A stretch of 52,458 nt of DNA from a virus (lineage: Duplodnaviria; Caudoviricetes), in IMG/VR virus record IMGVR_UViG_3300045283_000148, positions 1 through 52,458 of that record, one strand, 5' to 3'. The stretch's first letter is position 1, and the number at the start of each line of letters is the position of its first letter. This document shows positions 7,979 through 16,232 of the stretch, piece by piece. Position numbers and translations under genes: made by a program. The notes beneath the pieces were generated by a model that was given only the letters and a program-made list of their open reading frames with translations, did not search any database and had not been told where the DNA came from.

Positions 7979-8016
7979 TCCGGCTCTCTGGTCATGGCTT
8001 GCGCTCCAGAGCGGCC

Positions 8017-8101
8017 CATTTTTGTCCTTAAGTTGCTGATATTCATGCTCTTGCCTTAATGGGGTCATATGGCCTAAGCCTATGATTTATATAGTTTAAC
8101 T
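8017..8101. other. Putative attP region
   Basis: AT-rich gap immediately 3' of the integrase, with IHF-consensus-like sites (minus strand TATCAGCAACTTA, AATCATAGGCTTA); core not identified. Confidence 0.5.
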
Positions 8102-9022
8102 CTATGTTTTTTTGGCCCCAGTCAGCCCGCGTTCCCTGAAAGTTCTATCCAAATGGAGCACCGCCGCCGCGGCGTTTTCGCGCTGCACTGAGAACCGGCA
8201 ATAGCGCCCGACGATCGGCTCTGACATGCCCACCATGTCTGCAATCTGCCGAGTGTTGGCGCCGGCTTGCAGGAGCTTCACGCAGGCGGTCGCGCGCAAG
8301 CCGTGAAGCACCATCCCGGCCAGCGGCGCCAAGGCGGGGTTGCCGTCGCGCTCCACGATCCATGCCCAAGTCAGTGCCTTGCGCGTCCAAGGGATGCCGG
8401 TAGGGCGCAGGAGAATAAAGCCGGGACGGCGTTCCCATGTCGCCATGGCTGCGGCAAGTTCGTGGGTGATCGGTACCCATATTTGCTTGCCGGTCTTGAT
8501 CTGGGTGACGTTGATGCCGTCGCGACCGTTGTAGGTTTCGATGTCGGTCCACCGCATCTTGACGAGATCGGAGCCGCGCTGGCCGGTGTTGGCACCGAGC
8601 GTGACGACGCGAGCGAGTTCGGGGCGAGCCTCCTGTTGGGCAAGTGTAACCTGCTCGTCGGTCCACGGCTTGTGACCATCATGAGACCGCTCATATTCGA
8701 TACCTGTCGTGATCGGGTAGGGCAGCAGGTCTCGGACGATCGCCCATCGTTCAAGCTGTCGCAGAGCCGCGAGCGCAGCGGACTGCTTGCCGGGGCGTCC
8801 CGCGAGCCCGTCGATGAATGCCTGCACAAGAGCGGGTCTGATGATGTAAACCGACACGGCGCCGAGCCGGTCAGGGTGCTCGGCAAAACGCAATTCGCGT
8901 CCCCACACATCTTGGGTTGACGGCGTATAGGTCTGCCATTTCGGGCTTGATATGAACGCCCGGATGACCGCAGCGAAGACCTGGTCAGTGATCTTTGCCG
9001 CGCGAAACCGCCGCTTTGACAT
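8102..9022 (-). CDS. int: Tyrosine recombinase / phage integrase
   Basis: TGQRGSD (R), QIKTGK (K), HGLR (HxxR), GRY (Y); start MSKRRFR inferred. Confidence 0.9.
   Translation of the reverse strand: MSKRRFRAAKITDQVFAAVIRAFISSPKWQTYTPSTQDVWGRELRFAEHPDRLGAVSVYIIRPALVQAFIDGLAGRPGKQSAALAALRQLERWAIVRDLLPYPITTGIEYERSHDGHKPWTDEQVTLAQQEARPELARVVTLGANTGQRGSDLVKMRWTDIETYNGRDGINVTQIKTGKQIWVPITHELAAAMATWERRPGFILLRPTGIPWTRKALTWAWIVERDGNPALAPLAGMVLHGLRATACVKLLQAGANTRQIADMVGMSEPIVGRYCRFSVQRENAAAAVLHLDRTFRERGLTGAKKT
8131..8145. promoter_or_regulatory. Alphaproteobacterial LexA/SOS-box-like direct repeat
   Basis: GTTC-cctgaaa-GTTC matches GTTC-N7-GTTC. Confidence 0.45.
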
Positions 9023-9173
9023 TGTCCCTGATCCTATCTGCCAGACCGTCCGGTGATACTGCGGCATCTGCCTGTTCAAGTTCAAGGCACCGTTCCACAG
9101 CCTTGAGCGCGGCGACAGCCATCTTGATCCGCCGCTGCAGCTCAATGGCTCGGGCTTGCTTCTTGGCATTCAT
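8985..9173 (-). CDS. Small hypothetical protein upstream of int
   Basis: 62-aa ORF with GAGG RBS, overlapping the int start. Confidence 0.5.
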   Translation of the reverse strand: MNAKKQARAIELQRRIKMAVAALKAVERCLELEQADAAVSPDGLADRIRDNVKAAVSRGKDH

Positions 9174-9193
9174 GATGGGCCTCGTTTCAAACT

Positions 9194-9231
9194 GGCGCCG
9201 CCCCGGGGCGAGATTGGAACGGGGCGGCGCC
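9194..9231. terminator. 12-bp GC-rich stem-loop (terminator or processing site)
   Basis: ggcgccgccccg ... cggggcggcgcc in an intergenic gap. Confidence 0.5.
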
Positions 9232-9270
9232 TTCCGCCGGTCAAGGGGGTGACAATCTTGCCGGCGAAAT

Positions 9271-9597
9271 CTATCGCTCTCTCGCGTGCACTATGCTGCC
9301 GTTGAAACGACGCCAACCGCGGAAGGACGATTTTCGCTTGATCCCGAGATCTTTACGTCGCACACGTCGTGATTTTGAAATAGCAGGCAGATCTCGGATA
9401 GCAGTTTTGCGGCTATGGCAGGATCGGCAACAGCACACGCAATTTTCAAGCGAACCATTCCCGCCGAGTGCGCAGGGAATTCGGTGGTCATATTCTATTC
9501 CTCCGGTTGCCAATGGTGCAGTACAGACTTCACAATGCCCGCTTGACCTTTCCCAAGCGGCTTCTTTTACTTTGTTGGAAAATTCGTTGCGTTTCAT
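9271..9597 (-). CDS. HNH endonuclease
   Basis: CEVC...EYDHRIP..LGG...LENC...CRSCH. Confidence 0.88.
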   Translation of the reverse strand: MKRNEFSNKVKEAAWERSSGHCEVCTAPLATGGIEYDHRIPCALGGNGSLENCVCCCRSCHSRKTAIRDLPAISKSRRVRRKDLGIKRKSSFRGWRRFNGSIVHARER

Positions 9598-9711
9598 CGT
9601 TGGTTCATTTGGGTCGGCATCCGCGCCTGTTTTACGCAATCGCCATGGACCGCGCCTTCCGGCTGCAGTTGCTAAAGCTGCAATTCAAAAGTTTGACTCG
9701 TGCAGGCGGGC

Positions 9712-10164
9712 TCATGCTGCGGCCCTGCCATCGTTTGGCTCGATCATTGCCTCGAGCTCGGCGCGGACAGATTCCTCGGTTGTGCCAGGCGGGAGCCAGC
9801 GGCTGGCGATGACGTGAACCGCACGATCGTAGAACGCAGAGAAGCGACTCTGGTCCATGCTGCCCCAACTGATCGAGCGTAGGATGAAGAACGCTTTGCC
9901 GCTGTCTGGATCGATGTAGGTGTCGACCTCGCCGGTGGCGATCTTGATTGCGGTCTTGGCCTTCTCGACGGTCTCGAAATAGGGCGTATGCTCGACCATG
10001 AATTTGAGGATGGCGAAGAACTTTCTGTGATGTCCTGGGTTCCTGCGCGCCTTGACGGTCAGCACGACGTCACGCTCCTCGCCGACGGATTCGAGAAGGT
10101 CTAGCCCTTCCTGATCCACCGGGACGAAAGTGCGCCGTCGACGCCTGAATACGGCAGATGTCAT
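9712..10164 (-). CDS. DUF1367 (NinB/YbcN-like) protein
   Basis: RNPGHHRKFFA ... KIATG ... RSISWGSMDQSRFSAFY. Confidence 0.75.
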   Translation of the reverse strand: MTSAVFRRRRRTFVPVDQEGLDLLESVGEERDVVLTVKARRNPGHHRKFFAILKFMVEHTPYFETVEKAKTAIKIATGEVDTYIDPDSGKAFFILRSISWGSMDQSRFSAFYDRAVHVIASRWLPPGTTEESVRAELEAMIEPNDGRAAA

Positions 10165-10535
10165 GCCAACTCGCCCAATTCCTTGAAGCCGACAAGAATG
10201 TTCGGTGGGCGCGGGAACGCGCCGCCGGTCCAGTGCCAGAGATGCAGAACCTTGGAATAATTGTTGATGTAATCGGCTTTCGGTGGATGAAACTGCACCA
10301 CACAGTCATCCTCTGCCCAGAACAAGTCCTTGACAAAACACATCTCTTGCCAATTCGGGATGCGGCGGCGGATCGATACGCTGACGTGCTCCCACTTGCC
10401 GTCACTAGCGATGATAGTCAGTCTCTCTCCACATGGTCCCGGCAATTCAAATGCACCGAACGGCTCGCCCGGTCGGCTAGCATAGTCGCCCTTACGAATG
10501 CGGTACTCTTCCAGGTTGCTCTTGATCTGGATCAT
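10161..10535 (-). CDS. Conserved phage protein (WEHVSVS..R.P.W.EM..VK.LF family)
   Basis: WEHVSVSIRRRIPNWQEMCFVKDLFW...QFHPP..YIN...LHLW. Confidence 0.75.
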   Translation of the reverse strand: MIQIKSNLEEYRIRKGDYASRPGEPFGAFELPGPCGERLTIIASDGKWEHVSVSIRRRIPNWQEMCFVKDLFWAEDDCVVQFHPPKADYINNYSKVLHLWHWTGGAFPRPPNILVGFKELGELA

Positions 10536-11452
10536 TCCTGCGCCTCGATCCGCTTGTAATGCTCGTCCCATAGCGCCTTTACCCGCTTTCGATCCGGCGG
10601 AAAGACATTCGGCAGGTTCGGACCGACCAGAGTTTTCTGCGCATCGAATAGCGAGGCCATATCCTCGCAGGCGGCGTAAGCGCCTTCCACGTCCTTGAGG
10701 AATTGCGCACCGTCGAAGACATCTTCGGCGGTTGCACGCAGAATTCCCCGCACGTCCTCAGCCGTAGGCAACTCGCTGTCTTCCGACCACTCGATCGATT
10801 GGCCATCGTCCAAGCCGGCCTCGAACTCGTGCACGAGATCAGCCTCGGTCGGTTGTGCCTTCCTCGCAGCCGGTGGCGGCGGCGGGCCGTCGTCCTTCGG
10901 CGTGACATCGCGCATGCCGTTGGTGCCTATGCGCTCGGCCTCGTCGGGATCTACAATGCCGGAAAACCCGAAGGCATATCGTGCGGCTTGGATCAGCGCT
11001 TTGTGCCGCAGCATCCGGCGCGGCCAGCGCTTCCATGGCTCGGTCGGCCGATAGCATTCGGCTAGGTATTCGGTGACGGTCGTCGGCTTGCTGCGATCCT
11101 TGCGCCAGATGCGTGCGGTGATCGATGCCACCTTGCCATCGCTATCGAGATGGTCGTCGAACTCGATGCCGTCACAGTTGGGTTGCCGATTGACAAGACT
11201 CGCCCATCCATCAACGGATACGATCGGCTGGATGCCACCGCCGGGCGCCGGAAAGGCGTAGATCTCCTTGGTGAGCGGGTTCAGGCCGTATTCGTTTGCG
11301 ACCACGAGGAAGGCGGCAAACTGCTCACGCGAGGCATTCTTGGGGACAACAGTTGCCCGCAAGGTTGCCTCAAAAGCAGCCGCCTCCATCCCGTACTTCG
11401 TGGCCATGGTGACCACTACGGATCGGCGCGGTAGTTCAACTGGCTGATTCAT
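10532..11452 (-). CDS. bet: Single-strand annealing recombinase, Bet/RecT family
   Basis: YGLNPLTKEIYAFP, IVSVDGW, PWKRWPRRMLRHKALIQAARYAFG. Confidence 0.92.
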   Translation of the reverse strand: MNQPVELPRRSVVVTMATKYGMEAAAFEATLRATVVPKNASREQFAAFLVVANEYGLNPLTKEIYAFPAPGGGIQPIVSVDGWASLVNRQPNCDGIEFDDHLDSDGKVASITARIWRKDRSKPTTVTEYLAECYRPTEPWKRWPRRMLRHKALIQAARYAFGFSGIVDPDEAERIGTNGMRDVTPKDDGPPPPPAARKAQPTEADLVHEFEAGLDDGQSIEWSEDSELPTAEDVRGILRATAEDVFDGAQFLKDVEGAYAACEDMASLFDAQKTLVGPNLPNVFPPDRKRVKALWDEHYKRIEAQE

Positions 11453-12096
11453 GCCGCCCTCTGTTCCTTGACCACGCGACATCCCGGCAGTGAGATCTTC
11501 TGCTTAGCCGCCGCATCAGCGATGGTCTGCATGCATGCGAGAACTTCGGGGTGATTAACTAACTCCGCAATCATTGTGGAATGTTGCCAAGTGTCCTCAT
11601 AAATGGTGTGTTCTATACATCCACGTGAGACATTGAATTGTTTGCTGAGATCGGCAAATAATTTTCTAATCGGTCTCTTTTCTAATTTTGCGCAGGAGTA
11701 TGCTCGCCGGATCAGAAATACCTCGGCCGCAGATAACACAGCCATGCCGTGTCGGCTTCCTTGAGGCCTCGTTCCATGGATAATCTTATCGGCTTCGTTT
11801 TCTTTTCGCGTTTTCCAAGCCAAATTCAGATAGTGATTATTGGTTTTGCTCCCGTCCAGATGCGCCGTGAAGTGATCTAGCGATGGTCGCGGTCCATGAA
11901 ATGCAGCGCAAACGAGGCGATGAACCTTCGATAGCTTTTGACCGCCATGCCATCGGCCAAGCCAAAGACCAATTGTAATATAGCCGTCTTTGCTCTGGTA
12001 ACTGCTCATAAGACGATCACCATGACGGACGCGACCGTGTGATGAAACGTCATAGCCCGGAAATTCAGCAATAGGCCGCCATTGTTCGTCGATCAT
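11449..12096 (-). CDS. NUMOD4-HNH homing endonuclease
   Basis: EQWRPI..FPGYDVSSHGRVR; VHRLVCAAFHG; HLDGSKTNN..NLAW; lower GC than neighbours. Confidence 0.9.
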   Translation of the reverse strand: MIDEQWRPIAEFPGYDVSSHGRVRHGDRLMSSYQSKDGYITIGLWLGRWHGGQKLSKVHRLVCAAFHGPRPSLDHFTAHLDGSKTNNHYLNLAWKTRKENEADKIIHGTRPQGSRHGMAVLSAAEVFLIRRAYSCAKLEKRPIRKLFADLSKQFNVSRGCIEHTIYEDTWQHSTMIAELVNHPEVLACMQTIADAAAKQKISLPGCRVVKEQRAA

Positions 12097-12992
12097 GCTG
12101 CCACCATCGATTTGATAATCCGCGTGCCAGGCAACTCAACTCTTGCTTTAGCGGATGCATCCGCTATCCGTTGGGCTGTCTCTCTGATTTCTGGATGGGT
12201 TTTTAATGAAGCGAGAAGCACATCCCAATCTGTAATTTCCGCTGATAGCCGAGTTCGCAACGCCGTCGACCGCTTGGATGAGCCGGCCGTCAATCGCACG
12301 TTCGGCAAGGTCGCGGGATCGGCGCCGGATAGAACTGCAGCGGCATCGGCCTTCTCGGTCGCTTCAACTTTCTTGGCGAGGAACGGCGTTACTACCGCCA
12401 GCTTCAACCGCCGTTTCAGTTCGGCGGCACGATCACGTAGACCAAACCATTTGCGGTCGACGGCGCGGCCGGCCTCAAGATGCGGTTCTTTCTCGTCCTT
12501 GTGCAGCCGCGAAATCTTGCCTTCGAGCTCGCCGAAGGTCTGTGCCAGATCGGAAGCCTGATTGCATTCCGTATCGGACTGTGCCGCGCCGGCGGCGATC
12601 AGTTTTTCGGCCTCACGCGCGAGATCCGCAATCCGATCCTTGAGCGCGGCGATGTCGTCGGCGACCGGCGATTTGTTGTGCCCCACGACGGCGACATGCT
12701 CATCCGGCCAGTGGCCATTGATCAGGCGAAAATCGTAAGCGTCCTTCCTGACCGGCTGCTTGCTGGCGTAAGGCCAGATCTCAAGCGCGCGCTGCTCATC
12801 GAAGTCCTTGCCGTCGAGGTGGCAGCGCTGCTTGCCGGTCTTGCTATCGATCCAGTAGGCGACGGGAGAAAAGCCGTCCTGACCTTTGCGGCGAACGCGG
12901 TAATAACCTGTCTGGGGCTCATCCTCAGTAATCGACGCGGCGTTGCCGGCAAGCGCGTTCTGCCACCACGTCCATTGCGAATCTGCAGTCAC
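12093..12992 (-). CDS. Conserved phage recombination-module protein
   Basis: GTG start after GGAGG; EPQTGYYRVR..PVAYW, GHN, KEPHLEAGRAVD. Confidence 0.7.
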   Translation of the reverse strand: MTADSQWTWWQNALAGNAASITEDEPQTGYYRVRRKGQDGFSPVAYWIDSKTGKQRCHLDGKDFDEQRALEIWPYASKQPVRKDAYDFRLINGHWPDEHVAVVGHNKSPVADDIAALKDRIADLAREAEKLIAAGAAQSDTECNQASDLAQTFGELEGKISRLHKDEKEPHLEAGRAVDRKWFGLRDRAAELKRRLKLAVVTPFLAKKVEATEKADAAAVLSGADPATLPNVRLTAGSSKRSTALRTRLSAEITDWDVLLASLKTHPEIRETAQRIADASAKARVELPGTRIIKSMVAA

Positions 12993-12993
12993 T

Positions 12994-13239
12994 TCAGTCC
13001 TCCCAATCGAATTGCTGTTCCCAGTGGGCATCGTCGCAGCGTCGGTCGCGCTCGTCATCAGGATCGGGTTCGATGCTGCGGCATTCATCACAAGCCCATG
13101 TTTCCATGTTGCCGAATGCCCAGCATTGGGTGAGGTGCCTCACGCGACCGCAGCAGTCACACTCACCTTCACACTCAACGCCGGACCCGAATTCAGAATC
13201 GGCAGGGTTGGTGGTCTTCCATTGGTCGTAGGTGGTCAT
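12994..13239 (-). CDS. Zinc-finger hypothetical protein
   Basis: TYDQWKTTNP ... CDCCG ... ACDEC ... DPDDERD. Confidence 0.7.
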   Translation of the reverse strand: MTTYDQWKTTNPADSEFGSGVECEGECDCCGRVRHLTQCWAFGNMETWACDECRSIEPDPDDERDRRCDDAHWEQQFDWED

Positions 13240-13415
13240 GACGACAGCACCGCGCGGGCGAGGACGGCGAGGCGGGCTTCTTCCTGCGCCTCGGCGAGTG
13301 CCTTGCGCAGATGCTGCACCCGCTCGTGGTCGCGTGGGAGCGCTAAGCCGTAATCCGCTTTCTCCAATTCAAATGCGATCTGGCGAATGCGCTTGGCGTG
13401 TTCGTCGAAGGTCAT
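13236..13415 (-). CDS. 59-aa hypothetical protein (not in ORF track)
   Basis: MTFDEHAKRIRQIAFELEK...; GAGG RBS and ATGA overlap. Confidence 0.6.
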   Translation of the reverse strand: MTFDEHAKRIRQIAFELEKADYGLALPRDHERVQHLRKALAEAQEEARLAVLARAVLSS

Positions 13416-13425
13416 GACCGCAGCC

Positions 13426-13620
13426 TCAATTCGATGTGCACTTGGTTACGAGCGATCCATCAGAATCTCGGTATGTGATGCAGGTCGTCGTCCGCGACTT
13501 TGACTGTCCGGCTGCGTAACAGCTCATGATGTAGTCAGGGCAGGCCGACGCTGGGGTACAGACTGCTACGGATGCCACCGCAATTGCGGCAACGGCAAAG
13601 ATGCGAAAGCGGGTATTCAT
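13426..13620 (-). CDS. Small secreted Cys-containing protein
   Basis: Signal peptide ending ...PASA, four Cys in the mature part. Confidence 0.6.
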   Translation of the reverse strand: MNTRFRIFAVAAIAVASVAVCTPASACPDYIMSCYAAGQSKSRTTTCITYRDSDGSLVTKCTSN

Positions 13621-13626
13621 TTCGGT

Positions 13627-13722
13627 TCAAACTCCAAGGATTGCGATGAATGCCAGGAGCATCGCGCTAAAGACCGCCAGCACGACGATGAGGGTGACTT
13701 CCTCGGGGACGATCCTGTGCAT
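13627..13722 (-). CDS. 31-aa membrane peptide, first gene of the pL transcript (probably leaderless)
   Basis: MHRIVPEEVTLIVVLAVFSAMLLAFIAILGV; ATG 6 nt after the -10 box. Confidence 0.55.
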   Translation of the reverse strand: MHRIVPEEVTLIVVLAVFSAMLLAFIAILGV

Positions 13723-13728
13723 GGGCCT

Positions 13729-13801
13729 ATTATGCATATCGCATAGCGCTCGTCAATGCGTTTCGCATAATAAAGTGCGGGCGCAGAAATGCGCCGCGCA
13801 T
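13729..13801 (-). promoter_or_regulatory. pL promoter with three operators (OL)
   Basis: TTGACG-N16-CATAAT on minus; ATGC-N5-GCAT at 13732-13744, 13756-13768, 13789-13801. Confidence 0.85.
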
Positions 13802-13827
13802 TGCCCCTGTGGATAAAAGCCGGGAGA

Positions 13828-14142
13828 TCAGTCTTTGCGGGAGGCTAAATACTTAAGAAATGCAATGGCTTGCCGCTTGTCTTCGGGCCGAAGTTGCTCA
13901 TACAGGGCCTCAACTTCGGATTGTTGTCCGGGTTTCATCGACCCCTTGCCGTACAAAAGCCAATCTACTTTGACCCGGAAGAACTCAGCATAGTGCTCTG
14001 CGGCCCGTCCTAGCCCCCTGGAGCCGTTTTCGTGCCCTAGGTAGGTAGATCGCACCACCCCCATGGCTTCTGCCGCGTCTGTGGCTTTCCGATAGCCAGC
14101 AGCCTCGCGGGCCAGGATCAGTCGATCGCTCTCGTCGCTCAT
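13828..14142 (-). CDS. cI: CI-like XRE-HTH repressor without an S24 peptidase domain
   Basis: RLILAREAAGY..ATDAAEAMGV..STYLGHENGSRG..YAEFFRVKVDWLLYGKG; divergent from cro. Confidence 0.85.
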   Translation of the reverse strand: MSDESDRLILAREAAGYRKATDAAEAMGVVRSTYLGHENGSRGLGRAAEHYAEFFRVKVDWLLYGKGSMKPGQQSEVEALYEQLRPEDKRQAIAFLKYLASRKD

Positions 14143-14145
14143 AAA

Positions 14146-14207
14146 ATGCATTATGCATGACGGCATTATGCAACAGGCATTGACAGCTATTATGCGGTAT
14201 GCATAAT
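14146..14207 (+). promoter_or_regulatory. pR promoter with three operators (OR)
   Basis: TTGACA (14180)-N16-CATAAT; ATGC-N5-GCAT at 14146-14158, 14168-14180, 14192-14204. Confidence 0.88.
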
Positions 14208-14213
14208 GACCAC

Positions 14214-14417
14214 ATGCCCACGAGCGACGACATCAAGGCTGCCCGTCTCAGGCTCTGCGAGAACCAGACGGAATTCGCCAAACGCTTTGGGGTCGATCAA
14301 GCCACCGTTCACCGGTGGGAAACGAAAGGGCTGCCCGCGCGCGGCGCCGCACGGGTAGCAGTCGAAAATCTGCTGGACAGCTTGTCACCGGCTGGCCCCT
14401 TGGGGGCCGCCGAATGA
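14214..14417 (+). CDS. cro: Cro-like HTH protein (probably leaderless)
   Basis: IKAARLRLCENQTEFAKRFGVDQATVHRWE. Confidence 0.85.
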   Translation: MPTSDDIKAARLRLCENQTEFAKRFGVDQATVHRWETKGLPARGAARVAVENLLDSLSPAGPLGAAE

Positions 14418-14688
14418 CGACCCGCCTGCAACGCCTTTCCCAGACGGCGCGCAAGGGCGCGCGGGTCCGCCAGCGCCTTGAGCGGCTCATTCCTGCTCGG
14501 CGCGCGCGGCGTCGGAAGCATCCAGTTTCACCGGTTCCGAAGCACTCCCAGACTGAGACTGACGTGTCGGTCGCGTCAACGACCGACCCGCCCGCGTAAC
14601 GATCCGCTCGGCGACCAAACCAAGACTGTTCCAAGTGCTGCCTTTGCTCTCGCTTCTCATGCCCGAAACGGTGGCATGGGAGATTGCG

Positions 14689-15069
14689 ATGGCGCGCACG
14701 AAAAATGTTCGAAACCGGATAGCGAGTAGCGTTGTGAGTTTAGCGGAGGAGGTGAGAAGCGCCGCAACAGAGCTCGTCAGGCGGGAGGAGTATCGCGTCG
14801 GTTCACGCATGCTCGCTTACGAGAATGTCGGCGCGATGATCGGAGCCTCAGGTGCGTGGGTTCGCAAGTTCGTCAAAGGGTACGCCGAGGTCGGCATCTC
14901 GTTCCCGGTGGGGATGAACATCATCGCGCTCTACGAGCGTTTGTGTGAGCGGATCGAGGCGGACGCGGAACGTCGATTGGGGAACGCCCGTGCGGCTAGT
15001 GCGAGCAATAGCGAAATGGATCAGAGCTTGGATCGCCGAACAAACCGCAAAGAAGCATTAGATCAATGA
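14689..15069 (+). CDS. Putative HTH regulator in the CII position
   Basis: AYENVGAMIGASGAWVRKFV; GGGAG RBS. Confidence 0.5.
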   Translation: MARTKNVRNRIASSVVSLAEEVRSAATELVRREEYRVGSRMLAYENVGAMIGASGAWVRKFVKGYAEVGISFPVGMNIIALYERLCERIEADAERRLGNARAASASNSEMDQSLDRRTNRKEALDQ

Positions 15070-15081
15070 TGCGGGGCCAAC

Positions 15082-15555
15082 ATGAATCACGCGACGGTTT
15101 GGCTTCCCGAACACGTCGTGCTCGCAATCGATCTTCACGCTCGGCATTTCTCCGCGCAGGTGGCGGCCGATGAATTTGCCCGACTTACCGGCAAGGCAAC
15201 CACGCGCAACGCCATGATCGGAAAATGGAACCGGCTTGGATTGCGAGCTGATGACCAGCCGGTGATCAGGAAGGTGCGTGCTCCCGAAAACAAGAGGCCC
15301 GTCCGCATGGTGCCGTCGCCACCGCTGTCATCGCCACAACCGCCGCTAGCCGAAGCCGAACCGCAGTTATCGCCGCGGCCGTGCGACATCATCGGCCTGC
15401 GTTTGCACGACCAGTGCCGCTGGGTCATGTCCGATCCGCGCCGGTTCCCGGTGTACTACTGCGGCGGCGAGCGCGAGTTTCCCGGTGATGAGGCGCCGCA
15501 CATGTACTGCATCCATCACGCACGGCGAGCCTTTGCGGGAAAGGGGCGGGCATGA
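15082..15555 (+). CDS. gcrA: GcrA cell-cycle regulator homologue
   Basis: TRNAMIGKWNRLGL and C-terminal CRW..DP...YCG...YC..H. Confidence 0.85.
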   Translation: MNHATVWLPEHVVLAIDLHARHFSAQVAADEFARLTGKATTRNAMIGKWNRLGLRADDQPVIRKVRAPENKRPVRMVPSPPLSSPQPPLAEAEPQLSPRPCDIIGLRLHDQCRWVMSDPRRFPVYYCGGEREFPGDEAPHMYCIHHARRAFAGKGRA

Positions 15556-16232
15556 GTCCGTTTGGCGATCTCCCGCGTGGGCATTACGGGGCGATCCTGG
15601 CCGACCCGCCGTGGCGATTTGAGGCTTGGTCGGAATTCAAAGAACTGAAAAATGGCGACAAAACTCGTGCGGTCGAGCGCTATTACGATGTGATGACGAC
15701 GCGCAAAATCTGTGCGCTAGCGGTGGATGACTTGGCCGCATCAGATTGTGTGCTGTTCTTATGGGCGTGCTGGCCGCAATTGCCGGATGCGTTAGCGGTA
15801 ATTGATGCTTGGGGCTTCAAATTCAAGACCGCGGCTTTCGTTTGGACAAAAGCTCACGCCGGCCAACTAGAACTTTTTGAGCAGGCGCTACCAGCACAAG
15901 TGGGAATGGGTTATTGGACGCGCGCTAATAGCGAGCCTTGCTTGCTGGCGACACGCGGCCGGCCAAAGCGCATTAGCGCTGACGTTCGCCAAGCGATCAT
16001 CGAGCCTCGGCGTGAACATTCCCGCAAGCCGGACGGCATTCACGAGCGCATCGAGCGGCTGGTAGCCGGTCCTTACCTTGAACTGTTCGCGCGCCAGCAA
16101 CGTCCGGGCTGGGACGTATGGGGCAATGAAACCGAGAAGTTCAAGCCAATAGCTATGCCCGATTCAGCGCAAGAATCTTGGGCCGAGATGTGGTCGCGGC
16201 CGTTCGACTTCTCGCAGGAGCCGACGTCATGA
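15552..16232 (+). CDS. MT-A70 family N6-adenine methyltransferase
   Basis: [42 protein letters not shown]. Confidence 0.92.
   Translation: MSPFGDLPRGHYGAILADPPWRFEAWSEFKELKNGDKTRAVERYYDVMTTRKICALAVDDLAASDCVLFLWACWPQLPDALAVIDAWGFKFKTAAFVWTKAHAGQLELFEQALPAQVGMGYWTRANSEPCLLATRGRPKRISADVRQAIIEPRREHSRKPDGIHERIERLVAGPYLELFARQQRPGWDVWGNETEKFKPIAMPDSAQESWAEMWSRPFDFSQEPTS

Larger units (their letters stand above)
4162..8016 (-). repeat. About 12 copies of a gene-junction repeat, consensus (minus strand) GCCGCCCTGGAGCNNAAGCCATGA
   Basis: Copies near 4172, 4399, 4668, 4847, 5025, 5351, 5599, 5721 (degenerate), 6565, 6741, 7034 and 7992; most encode AALE(P/R/Q)K(P/S)* plus a GGAG RBS and an overlapping ATG. 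Confidence 0.9.

Noticed and set aside
4162-8016. CRISPR array or classical integron
   Set aside because: Repeats are coding, degenerate and irregularly spaced around whole genes; no cas genes and no attC-like palindromes
7979-8068. N-terminal extension of the methyltransferase in the ORF track
   Set aside because: Motif I begins at MNVLDLF (7978) with an ATGA overlap; the extension runs through the putative attP
4162-9022. Shufflon (inversion system)
   Set aside because: All repeats and genes share one orientation; no inverted sites
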